From Eledone cirrhosa (lineage: Eukaryota), in assembly GCA_964016885.1 (NCBI GenBank), contig OZ024741.1, positions 124,186,001 to 124,250,000 on the forward strand: a stretch of DNA of 64,000 nt. The letters are read 5' to 3'. Positions 1 to 12,844 of the stretch are shown piece by piece. The translations under genes were made by a program, and so were the position numbers. Numbering within the stretch: the first letter of the stretch is position 1; each line of letters starts with the position of its first letter. The notes below the pieces were generated by a model. The model saw only the letters and a list, made by a program, of their open reading frames with translations, was not told where the DNA came from and made no database searches.

Positions 1-309
1 AGGCTCTTGAACCCTCCTCTCCTATCCGCTAATCCCACACAGTACCAGCGTGCATCTAAGATCCCGTTCCAGTCGCCCACTAACACTAAAGAGCGGGACG
101 TTCCTAGAAAGGTCTCCAGACGCCGGAAGAAATCAGGCCGCCCTGCTCCTGTCGGAGATCGGTGCGAGGGCCCATGCTTCGGAGATTCTGGTCTCGCTGA
201 TGGCCACTAGATCTATGTTTAGTGACCTGATATCGTTGAGCAGGTGGCCCTGCTTCCATGACGACCCCAAGCCACGCGCATTTGTGCTGCCTATTCTGAG
301 TGAGGTCAT
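1..309 (-). pseudogene. LINE ORF2 N-terminus, apurinic-like endonuclease (APE) with internal deletion and frameshift
   Basis: ATG at 309 gives MTSLRIGSTNARGLGSSWKQGHLLNDIRSLNIDLVAISETR (NxRGL and SET motifs). After a frame break it reads DFFRRLETFLGTSRSLVLVGDWNGILD (GDxN motif). Confidence 0.85.
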
Positions 310-343
310 GTTGAAATGGAGTGGAAAATATGGGAAAGACCAC

Positions 344-2473
344 TTACCTTACTTCTCGTAGAGGAAGGATGGTTTCTCCATCCCTTTTCACTTGATCGTC
401 TGGTGAAGGGACCGTTGAATCGTCCCTTCGGCTGGTCGTCGGCTCTTCTGTGAGTATATCCGAATATACTCTCCGGTTGAGTGTCCCTCCTAGGTCTCTG
501 AAATCACCAACTGCGTTGGGGAATTTCGTTTCATTGTTTGTGTATTGTTTCTGTGCTATTCTTACCACTCTTATGTTCGTTGGTGTTTTGATTGGTGCTG
601 GTATTATGTAGTCGTGCTGTGAAATGTCTGTGTGTTCAATTATGTAAGTCATTAGTTTCTTGTGTGTATTTATTGCCGTGCATTTGTTTTTCTGTGGGTG
701 GGGTGGGGTTCTGTTATTTTCGTGTCGTTGTTGCTGGGTGTATGTGTTTTGTTGTTGTATTTGCGATGTTGGTGCTTGTGGTGGTGGTGTTGAAGGTGTT
801 GTTGTTGTTGGCGGTGGGGTTGTCGCCGGTGGTGATGGTGGTGCTAGTGTGGGTGGTGATGGTATTGGTCGTGTTGCTGCTGTAAGTCTCTTTGCAGTAG
901 CCTTTACCCTTTTTTCATTTCTTTCCTCCCTTTTCGAAGGCGACGATGCGCTGCTTCTGCGTTGCCTTCTTGCAATATTTTGCCATCCCTCTCCCACCTC
1001 ACACTCCATGTCCGATTCTGTGAGGTCGGGGAGGGGTACCAGCTCCACTTTTTCACTTGTTCTTGTTGGTGATGGTTGCAGTGGAGTCTCTGTTGCAGCT
1101 GCAGTTGGTATTACTGTTGTTGTTGTTAATACTTCCACTGCTGCTGCTGTTCATGATTTCCGTGGCGTGGGTATGGGTGCCACGGACCTATCCCTCGTGC
1201 TTGCCGCCTGTCCTGTTGCTGGTAGCAGTGGAGCCGGTTTCGGAAGGAGGGGGGTTTTCTCCTTTCTCAGGGTCTTCTCATTGCAGAAGGCCCTGAGGTG
1301 AGTCTTCGACCCACAGCGAAATATTTCGGGCGTTTGCCCTCAACACTTATGGGCAGTTGAGTGCCGTTATCGAAATCTATCACATCCGGGATAGCTTCGA
1401 TGCACTCCTGCTTGGTTTGGATTTAACATCTCAATGGAGGTGCCGACCCAATATTCTCGTACTTTTTTCTGTACTTGCAGTACAGTTGTTTTGTCCTCGA
1501 TTCCGACGAAGACAGACGAGGCCAGCCAAGAGCGGGGGGGGGGGGGGCAGTTTGACCCTCACAATTTTTTGCCGCAGTAGGAGGGCACCAACACCATTTC
1601 CTCGCTCTTTAGGGTCACTAAGGATGAGCCTTTGCCTCCTGGGGTGTGGCAAAAAGCACGTCCACGGTGGCATATTTCTTGCTTCGGGTGATATGTGTTT
1701 TCCTCTGCCACACAGACCCTAAGGCTTTTTGTATTTGAGCCTCTGTGGCTCTTTCAACCCTACAGGATTTTGTGCATACTGTACGGTACGTGACCGTACA
1801 GTGCTGTTGGGTTTCGAAAAATTGTTCGGCTGCCTTGCAGATTGCTCGGTGTCCGGTTTTCGTCACCATCTTCTTTGCTTCCTGTAATTCCTCATTTTTT
1901 ATAAGGAGGGTTTCCAGGTTCTTTGCGATACCTGCAAACGAGATTGTTTTTTCTTTCTTGCTGTTGTTGTTGTCAGAGCTGCTGTTACTTTTGTTGTTGC
2001 TGCTGGTATTACGACCGCCGCCGCCGCTGTTGCTGTGGTTGTTGTTGCTGCTGCTGCTGCTGTTGTTGTTGCTGTTGCTGCTGCTGCTATTGTTGTCTAT
2101 GCTTATGCTGATGTTGTTGCGGCTGCTACTAGTGTTTTCCTTTTCACTGTTGCTGCTGCTGCTCTTATTACGACTGCTGCTGCTATTATTCATGACGTCA
2201 GACGAATGAAATTGCTTTCCGTGTTTACCGCACACATTTTTCGTCGTTGTCGTCGTCGTGGAGAAATGTTCCACGTTATGCACGTGCTCTTGGTGAAGGC
2301 TATCAGAAACTATATTTTTCTTTTTCTTTAATGGCGTCGCTTGCGAAAAAGGCGACACTACATTTAGAGAAGGGAGGAGAGAGAGACAATCTTCTCTCTG
2401 ATGTAGTGACGATTGAAGAAGAAGAAGACGGAATGAGTGGGAGTGACTTGTGAACATTCTTTTTTGTAGCCAT
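344..2473 (-). pseudogene. LINE ORF1 (gag-like, CCHC zinc knuckle), frameshifted
   Basis: Reverse strand near 1280-1335 reads EGKRPK(Y)F/CGSKTHLRAFC, a CX2CX4HX4C knuckle with a lesion. Also a poly-Asn/Ser triplet tract at 1960-2190, a G-run frameshift near 1534-1547 and a Pro/Thr-rich C-terminal part. Confidence 0.7.
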
Positions 2474-3202
2474 GTTTTTTTATAGTTTAAAATGAATATT
2501 GGGCACCAAGAGCCAAATAACGGGCAGAAAGACCCCTCTCACGAGGAGGCGGGTGTTTTTATCTACAATTTGGTTCAAGTTTTAAACGATTTACAATTGT
2601 TATAGCGGTTAAAAATTACTATACCTTACAGAGCCGAGCCTCCGTCAACCATGGCATTCAATAATAATAATAATAATTAGGAAGTAATATACAAAATCTG
2701 GTGTGACATAGAGTGAAAGCAGTGCCAATAATAATAGGAACGATAAAGAATATAAACGAAAAGGTAGTCATGCCACCTTTTACTGCATGCCACCTTTCAC
2801 GCAATCGCAAAAAAAAAAAAAATAACTTTGCTAAGAACAGCTCCTATCCTGCACAAAACATTATCAATTCAATAGCACAACTCAAATAGAATAGCTTTCA
2901 TACTCGATACACACCCTATACAATAAATACGTAATAAAATGAAGCACAGTTCACGATCTCTACAAGATTATTACCTAATAAAATAACGGAACAGAACTAA
3001 CATAAATATATAACAAGAAACAAGATAAACCATATAAGAAAACAGTAAGAGGAGTTTATACTCCTCCAGCCCCCGCACATATTTAGAATACAATGCTGCA
3101 CATAACTCAGGCACATTTAGGTACAACAGATGATGCACTAGAAACTTGCATGTTATTATAGGTGAAATATTGACTTCATGAACATCATTATTACTTTTAT
3201 TA

Positions 3203-4140
3203 GGGTGGTTAATTTGGCAGTATCGGTAGAGGGTCGGACGCTATGCTTTGACGCATAGAAGTTACGGCCCTTTATAGTCTGAGTTCAAATCCCGCCGAGG
3301 TTAACTTTGCCTTTCATCCTTATGGGGTCGATAAAATAAAGTACCAGTAATACACTGGGGTAATTGCTGGCCTTGTGTCAAAACTAGAAACAATTATTAC
3401 TTTTATTAGGTTAACTGTGCCTTCCATCCTTACAGGGTCGATAAAATAAAGTACCAGTAATACACTGGGGTAATTGCTGGCCTTGTGTCAAAACTAGAAA
3501 CAATTATTACTTTTATTAGGTTAACTGTGCCTTCCATCCTTACAGGGTCGATAAAATAAAGTACCGGTAATACACTGGGGTAATTGCTGGCCTTGTGTCA
3601 AAACTAGAAACAATTATTACTTTTATTAGGTTAACTGTGCCTTCCATCCTTACAGGGTCGATAAAATAAAGTACCGGTAGTACACAGTGGTCAATTTTAT
3701 CGACTTTGCCTTTCCCTTGAAATTGCTTGCTGTGAGTCATATGTAGTAAAAACTATTGCGGTTGATTGGCTGTATCGGTAGAGCATTCGGAAACCCTGCT
3801 TCGCAGCATAGAATTCCGTCCCTTTATGTTCTGAGTTCAAATGCCGCCGAGTTTAACTTTGCCTTTCATCCTTATGGGGTCGATAAAATAAAGTACCAGT
3901 AGTGCACTAGGATAGTTGTTGGCCTTGTACCAAAAGTAGAATCAGTTATTGTTATTGGGTCTGTAGTTTGCCAGGTTTGGGAGCAGTGTATGTTCCGACT
4001 CTTCATATCAAATTCCACAGAAATCAACATTGCCTTGCTTTTTTGTGGCTCAATAACATAAAGTACCAGTTAATTATTGTGTCAATATAGCGTCTCTCCC
4101 CACTCCCAATTAATTACTGGCCTTGGGCCATAATTAGAAA
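3203..4140 (+). mobile_element. Cluster of tRNA-derived SINEs (family A), including a 110-bp tandem amplification
   Basis: A-box-like TGGCAGTATCGG and B-box GAGTTCAAATCC, followed by ttgcctttcatccttatggggtcgataaaataaagtaccag; repeated at 3215 and 3768. Confidence 0.85.
3301..3680 (+). repeat. Tandem repeat, 110-bp unit x about 3.5, made of the SINE 3' half
   Basis: Near-identical units start at 3301, 3411, 3521 and 3631. Confidence 0.9.
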
Positions 4141-4872
4141 CCATTATCTTTATTGTTAGAAACCATTATTGGTCTCATTATTGTGTTGGTTTGTTCTAGT
4201 AATCTCTCCAACATCGTGCGCCCTTTTGACCAATAACAGAAATCATTATTATTATTGTAATTTTTATAGTTACTATCATTGCCATTGTTATTACAGGAAC
4301 AAAATCCAATTGCAATATAATTATGTTTGTTTATTTATATATCAGTTGCAGATTTCGTTTCCAAAACAAATACATGTCTCCATATAATCTGCTAATATTT
4401 TTCTCCCCAAAGCCCGGCCTTTGTCTATAAACTATGTTAGATCAGGCAGTAAATATAGCAGTTTAATAAAGAGAAATGTGATTATTTCATTAATTCTATT
4501 TTCCGGTAATTATTAGCTTACAATGATTACAGTTCTACAAATATAATTTGACTCTGATGAGCAATTCGTAACAAAAATAACATAAAAGCTTTGTTATTTA
4601 TAATAACAAAAAAACTCCCAAATATAGTGATATATTTTCATAATAATAATTTATCTACTACATGAAAGCTGTTGTATATTTCGTGTAAAACGTCGATTAC
4701 AGTAAAATGGGGGTGGTAACAATATGTTTATGTCTATGAGCGCAAGTGCCTTTATAGCATTGACAATGTCGATATATTTATTTCAAACCGCGGTAAAGGC
4801 TGAAAATGTTGGTCCTCCAGGCCCCCAAAATATACGTTCCTGGTTTGGTTCCACTGTAGTAACTGGGTTTAA

Positions 4873-4921
<49 letters not shown>

Positions 4922-4949
4922 TAGATGGGCCCCATTGCATTAGTGATAC

Positions 4950-5320
4950 TTCATTTTATCGACCCGTAAGGATGAAGCTAATCTCGGGGTGATTTGAAAA
5001 CACCATAACATCAATGCTGCAGAGCATGTTGTCCGGCATTCCCCCGATGCTGCCAATCCACCGATGATAATAATTGTTTCTACTTTTGGCACAAGGCCAG
5101 CAATTACCCAGTGCATTACTGATGCTTTATTTTATCGACCCTGTAAGGATGAAACGCAAAGCTAACCTCGACTGGATTTGAACTCAGAACGTAAATGGGT
5201 ATAACTCTATGCCACAAAGCATGGTGTCTGACGCTCTACCGATACTGCCAACTCTCTGATGACGATGATAATAATAATAATAAAGGTTTTCTGATTTAGG
5301 CACAAGGCCAGGAATTTTCA
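4950..5320 (-). mobile_element. SINE family A copies (reverse)
   Basis: tttatcgaccc-gtaaggatgaa...ggatttgaactcag...ctaccgatactgcca is the reverse complement of family A. Confidence 0.8.
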
Positions 5321-5791
5321 TAATAATAATTATAATAATAATAACAATAATATTTCCTGACCTCTCTGTCAAAAGTAGGTTATGGAAAAGTAATTTTGTG
5401 AACAAAGTAATAGGAAATCCATATCACCGGTCAAAGCAGCTTTTATTAATTTCCGTCTATTCATTTTCATTAGCAGAAAATGGTGGCATAAATTGGTAAT
5501 ATCATCCGGAATTAGATTAGAACTTTCAGGCAGAATACTACTCAAACAGAAGCAATGTATATAAGGAATATTAATAGACAATAATTAACTTATGTTTAAC
5601 TTCTTGATCTTTTCTCTCACAAACCACTACCGCATACATATAATCTAGATATTGTGTTTCAAACCTGAGCTTATGTAATATAGTACCAACCCTTAATTAA
5701 TAGAAATTCGTAAATACTTTTTCGCATTAAATTACGTAATTAATAATTTAATATATCATTTTGCAATTCTCACACGCACATTGAAATACAA

Positions 5792-5849
<58 letters not shown>

Positions 5850-5983
5850 GGAATAGAATGAAACGAAACATATATACACATATGTGTTTATTTCAATATA
5901 TATCAATATATATTTAGTTAATAAATGAAACAAAACATATCAAAACACAGGGACAAAAAATGCACACTTATATTAGGATCATT

Positions 5984-6028
<45 letters not shown>

Positions 6029-6042
6029 AATATATATATAAT

Positions 6043-6107
<65 letters not shown>

Positions 6108-6671
6108 AGTGTGTGTGTGTGTGAGTGTATTATAAATACATACATATTCACCAATATTCACAGATCATGTTAAGAGGTTCTTTGATAAGAAATAAACCTA
6201 AGTATCTCACCGATGATAAATAAAGTATCTTTTATATTGTTTCTTTTATAATTACCAAAATTAAACGAAATATAATAAACATAAATACATATTTCGTAAT
6301 AAAATAAGCTACAATAAAATAACAGTGACAAACATGAAATAAATATATTAAATGGAATGGAATTAAGAAATATATATGTGTAAAGTGATCAAAAGTTACT
6401 TCTGTATAACCGAGAGTTATAGATAAGAATCTACACAGAATTTTAAAAAATCTTTTAAAATCGTATAAATGCCTAAAACTTCAAATATTTTATTGCAGGA
6501 TTCTAAAGTTTGTAATTTGCATACATACATAAATTACAGGTACAAGATAATGTAATGACGATCGGTTCAGCTCATCATTAAAGCTAATCTAAAGATTTTG
6601 CAGATTTTGGCAGCATTTATTTTTAATGTGCAGATTTATGTGCATATATGTATATATGTATGTATATATGT

Positions 6672-6980
6672 GAAGGCACGTGATTAACGTATTCAGCTCA
6701 CAACTGTAAGGTCATGAGTTCGATTTCCGGCTTCACCTTGGGTAAGACACGTTATTTCACGTTGCTAAAGTCCACACAACTGGCAAATATGAGGTGTACC
6801 TGTAATTCGAAGAGCTAACCGTGTCCCGTTCGGTATAACGCTGAATCTCCCAGAGAACTACGTTACGGGTATAGTTGCCTGTGGAATGCTGAGCCACTTC
6901 CATGTTAAATTCAGGAGTAGGCTGCTCCATAGAGCGGATCAAGTGAAACACTCGACATCGAAACTGACGGAGTCCCTTCA
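6672..6980 (+). mobile_element. tRNA-derived SINE, family B
   Basis: tRNA-like head with GAGTTCGATTTCC B-box and a distinct tail (ctgaatctcccagagaactacgttacggg...gatcaagtgaaacactcgac); flanked by microsatellites. Confidence 0.65.
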
Positions 6981-7004
6981 TGTATGAATGTATATATTTA
7001 TATC

Positions 7005-7052
<48 letters not shown>

Positions 7053-7054
7053 CT

Positions 7055-7127
<73 letters not shown>

Positions 7128-7182
7128 GTCATACAAAAGTGAGTTACAAACGAAACGAAATTTAATTTCGTTTCGTTATTTG

Positions 7183-7301
<119 letters not shown>

Positions 7302-7331
7302 AGAAAGAGAGACATAGGTAGATATATATAT

Positions 7332-7544
7332 ATAGGAAAAATTTCAACCCCGACGGCAGAGCTCAAGCCGTTTCTACGGCTATTTCTGGATCCACATCTA
7401 TTTCTTGGTCCAGAAATAGCCGTCGAAACGGCTTGAGCTCTGCCGTCGGGGTTGAACTTTTTCCTATTACCCACTCTACTACCCTAAGTATTGAGTACTC
7501 TCGTGCTTTATGGTCCATCTGGATCCTTACCACACTTCATTCGT

Positions 7545-7545
<1 letters not shown>
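7332..7545 (+). mobile_element. Fold-back PLE terminus with two 3' half-hammerheads (family P1, copy 1)
   Basis: 59-bp inverted arms at 7332-7390 and 7409-7467, each containing GAAA-cggc-ttgagctct-gccg-TC-gggg; shared tail with tattgagtactct; inside (TA)n. Confidence 0.75.
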
Positions 7546-7591
<46 letters not shown>

Positions 7592-7738
7592 TATTTTCCG
7601 TTGTGTTGTAATATAAATATTACACACAGTAGATTATCAGCTCACGTAGAGTTTGCTCGACGGTTCCAGTTGTAGTTCCAAAAGTAATCCGGAGAAAAAT
7701 AGAAAGATTTGAATGGATACAGTTTAGTTGAAAGGAAT

Positions 7739-7855
7739 TTATTGACACGTGTTTCTATAACAGTTACATAACCTAAAACAGCTATCTACAAACTTTTAGT
7801 TATGCAGACATTCAATATTTCAATGTTATTATTTACTGTCATTTCATCAGAATAA
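7739..7855 (-). ncRNA. Type I hammerhead ribozyme motif downstream of the Naiad-type PLE ORF
   Basis: Minus strand: ttatt CUGAUGA aatgacagt...actgttata GAAA cacgtg UC aataa. Stem I 5 bp, long stem II with first pair mismatched, palindromic stem III, GUC site. Confidence 0.75.
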
Positions 7856-8438
7856 TATTACGGAGGACCTATTTAGTTTTTATAGAGAATATTAGGAGGG
7901 AGGGGTGAAGTTGTTAGAAGAATGGTTGAAGGAGTGGTTTTTCGATAGCAGTGAGAATTCTTGGTGGCAGTGAGTAATTAGATTCCCATCTGTTGTTTTG
8001 ACATTTTTTATAGAATATATTATTGGTTATTTTTCTAAATCTATAGAAGGATTAGAGATAGTAAAGATATGCGTGGTTGGTTTTGTGTTTGCACTTAACA
8101 TTCAGACTTAAATTTTTCTTTCAAGTGTACGTATTCTTTCACCCACGCATTCACACACAAATATATTTGCACACCTCTACAAAAAACATATATTCATAAT
8201 TCACATATTCATACTTACATATATATACACATGCATACACATATATATACACACATGTATTCATGTACATACATACGCGCTCATGTGTATACATTTTCAT
8301 ACTCAACTTATCTTTATATATACACACGTATAGACACACACATATATACATACATACTCTAGTCCATGTGTACACACATACACATACATACACATCCATA
8401 TACACATACATACATACACATATATATATATATATATA

Positions 8439-8492
<54 letters not shown>

Positions 8493-8783
8493 CACATATA
8501 CACATATATACATATACACACATATATATATATATATATAAGCACTTTAATACATGAATACACTTACATCTAACTATACACATCAAACATATATATATAT
8601 TTACTTATTTATATACATTTTCACATATATATACATACTTATGGACGTTTTTAGACACATTCATTATCGCATATTTGTACCTATTCTCATCAGCATATCT
8701 TTTCATTATTAGTATGGTAATTTAAGGTTATTAATATATGTTGAGAAGAGATTGTTTTTATATTTTTCTAACTAGATTAAGGT

Positions 8784-10067
8784 TTATATAGTTGGGGGAT
8801 GTCCCTCTTTTATGTAATATTCGGCTTGTAGTGGGAAAAAAAGGGTTTTAGTTCTGTGACGGCAGAATAATGTTCGTTCAATTCTGTTATTCAGCAGTTT
8901 CTTCTTGTGTGTGATTATGTAATAAATCTCAAGATTACACAATTTGCAGAAATTTTGGCTCCTGGAAAAGCTTTGGGTTTTAGCTAATTTTTCCCATTTT
9001 AGGGTAAACTTTTGATTGCTATCCCTGAGCGTCCAAGCTTTTTCTGCTAAGGTTGTTACATTTCTTTGGCTCTGGTGTTTTATTGAGTAAGAATGCCTAT
9101 ACAATCGAGATTTAAACGATGTTGCCGTTGATCCCACGTAATACCACTCGTTGCCTCCGGATTTAATGGTACACTTATAAATAATATTTTTTTCCAGGCA
9201 GTTATTGCCGAGGGGGCAGTTGTCAGGATAGGTGCAGTTACAGTTGTGTACGTTGGGTTTTCTTTGGAGTAGTATTGCGGACGAACTTAGGTGTGGTTTA
9301 TTTATGTTCTGTAGTGTATTGTCTACTGTGTTTTTGGGGTTCTTTGTACTTAAGTTCTTAGTGTTTTCGTTTAACCTTCTAGTATTGATCTTTTTTATGT
9401 GTTGTTCAAGGTTTAACGCTGTAGAGTATGACAGTCTTATAGTGGTAGGGTTTAGGATTTTGTGGTATTTGTGTGATGTGGGAAAATGTCTTTTAATTAT
9501 TTTAAAGAAGAGTACTGGTAAATTTGTACTAATGGAGCTATTGTATTCGGGGTTATACCATAAGTACTCTTTGCATCGCTTTCTATTAGTTTTGTTTGTT
9601 GGTTTACTGGTGTGCATACTATGGTAGTAAGTGTGGTTTGGTGTTGTGTTATTATATCTACCTATGTGGGATTTATTTTGGGTGTTTTGATTGTTCCCAT
9701 CTATGTACTCTATTTTGTTGAGGTAGCCTGCTTTACTAAGGGCGTTATCGTAGTACTCGGCGTGTTCCTTAAATACTTGTATGTTAGAAGATAGACCCGA
9801 GATTCTAAGGGAAATATTTTTAGGGATAGATTTAATTATAGAGATGGGGTGGTTAGACCCAACATTTACGTATTTGAGATTTTCATTCAATTTATGAAAC
9901 GGTTTAATCAAACCAGAGTTTAAATTGAGTGTGACATCCAGGAAGTTAACTACTTTAAGGTTGTATTCATATGTTATAGTTAGTCCTATTTCGAGTAGTA
10001 GTTTTCTTATATCTTTGCGTAGTTTTTCTAGTTTTTGGTTATTAAGGTTTTTAGCTAGGAGGAGAAC
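8784..10067 (-). CDS. PLE polyprotein C-terminal part: RT C-terminus/thumb, CxCx5C linker, GIY-YIG endonuclease
   Basis: Frame stays open upstream of the listed ORF: VLLLAKNLN...VVNFLDVTLNL, then SNHP, WYNPEYN, CNCTYPDNCPLGNNCLEKNIIYKC, YYVGSTATSFKSRLYRH, CKLC, LNNR, CRH. Truncated just after where the YxDD motif would be. Confidence 0.9.
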   Translation of the reverse strand, partial: VLLLAKNLNNQKLEKLRKDIRKLLLEIGLTITYEYNLKVVNFLDVTLNLNSGLIKPFHKLNENLKYVNVGSNHPISIIKSIPKNISLRISGLSSNIQVFKEHAEYYDNALSKAGYLNKIEYIDGNNQNTQNKSHIGRYNNTTPNHTYYHSMHTSKPTNKTNRKRCKEYLWYNPEYNSSISTNLPVLFFKIIKRHFPTSHKYHKILNPTTIRLSYSTALNLEQHIKKINTRRLNENTKNLSTKNPKNTVDNTLQNINKPHLSSSAILLQRKPNVHNCNCTYPDNCPLGNNCLEKNIIYKCTIKSGGNEWYYVGSTATSFKSRLYRHSYSIKHQSQRNVTTLAEKAWTLRDSNQKFTLKWEKLAKTQSFSRSQNFCKLCNLEIYYIITHKKKLLNNRIERTLFCRHRTKTLFFPLQAEYYIKEGHPPTI

Positions 10068-10068
10068 A

Positions 10069-10474
10069 TATTAAAATAACAGATTAATGTTTAAGCAAAG
10101 AATCGCTGCTTTCACCCTTAACGGGATCTTCTGAAACTAAAAAAAATCAATCTGGGAACGCAGAAGTAAATATTTCGAAAAACGTTGCAACCGGAGGAAA
10201 ACAGGAAGACGATACTTTGGTTCGTGGAGACAATCCCTGGCAATGAACAGAAAAGAGCGAAGATAATACGTCATTATTTGCATTGGTGAGAACAATTACA
10301 CGCAAAGACAAAACCGCGTTTATGGTATAAACCACCTAAATAGAATATTAGTTTATACCATTTATATTTTCGAAATATTTACTGCGTTCACAGATTGACT
10401 TTTTTAGTTACAGAAGATCCCATTAAGGGTGAAAGCAGCGATTTGTTCCTTAAACTTTAATCTGTTATTTTAAT
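10069..10474. mobile_element. Inverted-repeat PLE terminus (family P2) with a decayed HHR in each arm
   Basis: Arms about 10069-10181 and 10367-10474. Motif gttt CAGAAGA tccc gttaa gggt GAAA gcag...ttgc UU aaac. Same family as 21220-21425. Confidence 0.7.
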
Positions 10475-10563
10475 AAATATTTGCTCTATGGTTGTTATAT
10501 ATTTGATATATATTTATCGTTATCGAGCCCGCTTTCGATTTTAGTCTTCAAATTTATTATTAT

Positions 10564-10673
<110 letters not shown>

Positions 10674-10830
10674 AAGTAAAGATAACCCTTAAAAACTTAA
10701 CATTTCTTATGTTTTATGTGTTATTTCTAACTCTCTGAAAAGGTCATAGCTGTTGAATTGTGGCTATCACTGAAATATATATAACGGTAAGGAAACAAGT
10801 AAATTATGAAATATTGACTTATACCTCATG

Positions 10831-10868
<38 letters not shown>

Positions 10869-11412
10869 CAATCATACATACATACATACGTATGTGTGTG
10901 AGTGTGTGCGCATATAAGGTGTGTGAGGACAGGTAGGTGTGACCTCAGTGCTTTAGCCTTTGACTCAGCTTATCCCTCTGCTAATTATGAGCAAGCGGAT
11001 TGTGAGAGTGAGACCTCGATGTCTTGTCTTGTCACACTGCTTAGCATATTTGATAATAATATACAACTATCTGCTATACATCTGTGTAGATTTGCTGTCT
11101 TATCCTATATCTCAATAAAAGTGACGGGATATATCTTCAGCTGTTACGGTCAATGGCCAGGCCACATACTGTCTTTTCAGCGATATTTATCGTAATTCAT
11201 TGGCAAACGTGAAACTCATGAAACAATATTTTAACTTTTATTGAGCTAGAAGATATATGGAAGATTATTACTGGAACAATGACTTCTACGAGGCTCTACT
11301 TGCAAAATACATAAAGTTGACAAATAATTGAAATTGCGTTTACTGGACCTAATCCTGTTTTGGTTTTGTTAAATCTAACCAGGAATATTTTAAAATATAT
11401 AGCTCACATAAT

Positions 11413-11597
11413 TGTTTCTACTTTTGGCACAAGGCCAGCAATTACCCAGTACCTTACTGGTACTTTATTTTATCGACCCTGTAAGGATGAAAGGTAAAGT
11501 TAACCTCGACGGGATTTGAACTCAGACCGTATTGGGACGTAACTATGCTAGAAAGCATGGCGTCCCTCTACCAATACTGCCAATTCACCACCCTTAT
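11413..11597 (-). mobile_element. SINE family A with 18-bp target-site duplication
   Basis: TSD atatatagctcacataat at 11395-11412 and 11598-11615. Confidence 0.9.
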
Positions 11598-12398
11598 ATA
11601 TATAGCTCACATAATGCTGGCAAGCTATATCCGTGTTGTTGGGATATATTTCTTTCTTATATGCCTTTGGGATATAGTTCTTTCTTTTTGAGTTTGACAT
11701 TTAATGTCTTTGTGCACATCAGATTTACAATAGTTTGACCGTGTGCTTGTCTCCTGGCAAGAAGACTATCCGGTTGTAAATCAATGCCTAAAAAACGGGA
11801 TCGCATAATAGAATATCACCAGGATCACAAGGCTATTTCCTGCTTTGATAGGGAAACTAGTACTATTGTGTTTGTTGTCATTGTGTGTAAATAAGCTTTT
11901 TAGTATAGCATAGCATTGGAAACATATCAGTAGATATGTACCCCAGTTTTGTGTATATCTGGGTGAACCTGGATCTGCCGTTGTAAAGCATCTCTTCAAA
12001 GTACACCTCTGGATAGTATATTTGGGAAAAATAAGCAGTCAATCAACTACTCGCAAGTTAGAAATTCCATAAGCAGATTGTTTTCAATTGAACAAATCTT
12101 CGAAAAGCAGGTTGGTCAAAAAGATTACAAGTGAATGTTCAGCAAATATGAATAAATGTTGAACACTTATAACCGAACTGCGTTTACATCTATGACCGGA
12201 TCCGTGTAAACTCGTATTAGGCTTAAATCTAATTTAGAATGCAGGCGACATACACATAATTTATACATAGTTTACAAGTGTGTATATATATATATATGTA
12301 TATACATTTACATGCGTGTATATGCGCGCGCGCGCGCGCGTGTGTGTGTGTGATAGTGAGTGAGTGTGTGTGCGTCTTTATGTATATAAATATATATA

Positions 12399-12630
12399 TA
12401 ATGGGAAAATGTATGACCCCGACGGCAGAGCCCAACCCGTTTCGACTGCTATTTCTGGATTAGAAAAAAAAAAGTTTTTTTTTTTTTTTTAGTCCAGAAA
12501 TAGACGTCGAAACGGCTTGAGCTCTGCCGTCGAGGTCATACTTTTTCCCATTACCCACTCTACTACCCTAGGTATTGAGTACTCTGGTGCGTTATGGTCC
12601 ATCTGGTTCCTTACCACAACTCTTTTGTTA
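12399..12630 (+). mobile_element. Fold-back PLE terminus, family P1 copy 2
   Basis: Same arms and tail as 7332-7545; the central loop is an A-run/T-run. Confidence 0.75.
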
Positions 12631-12844
12631 TATATATATGTATGTATATATAACTAACAAATAGTTGTATCGCTCTACATGGCTGAATACAAGAAAAGTA
12701 AATCTGAGGTTTTCGAGTATTAATAATACTAGCAGAAAAACCGCCCTTGAGCGGTTTTCTGCTAGCATATGTAGTGTGCATATTGGTATCATACGCAAAT
12801 ATATATGCATATATATATATGTAAACTGCAAAGTAAATTGACAA

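Larger units (their letters stand above)
1..2660 (-). mobile_element. Decayed L1/Tx1-like non-LTR retrotransposon, 5' part (5'UTR, ORF1, start of ORF2); continues off the left edge
   Basis: Frameshifted ORF1 pieces (1618-2457, 1431-1673, 344-1138) with a broken zinc knuckle, followed by an APE endonuclease start. The apparent 5' end abuts (AAT)n at about 2660. Confidence 0.8.
7640..10067 (-). mobile_element. 5'-truncated Penelope-like element, Naiad-type
   Basis: RT thumb plus GIY-YIG ORF, followed by a microsatellite-rich 3' region ending in a hammerhead motif. Assigning the HHR to this same element is inferred from position and strand. Confidence 0.75.

Noticed and set aside
592-2331. Plus-strand poly-Leu/Cys/Val ORFs
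   Set aside because: Antisense frames of the LINE ORF1 triplet-repeat regions.
3215-3300. tRNA genes at SINE heads
   Set aside because: A/B boxes are present but I see no cloverleaf, and the sequence continues into the SINE body.
3301-3680. CRISPR-like array
   Set aside because: No unique spacers; a eukaryotic SINE-derived tandem repeat.
4554-4575. CTGATGA at 4555 (also near 5256 and 27830)
   Set aside because: No stem II and GAAA partner.
5369-5581. Ankyrin-like LIKAALTGDMDFLLL peptide (-)
   Set aside because: Single weak motif with a stop before any donor site.
8784-9911. Selenoprotein Naiad
   Set aside because: No in-frame TGA; all conserved positions are Cys codons.
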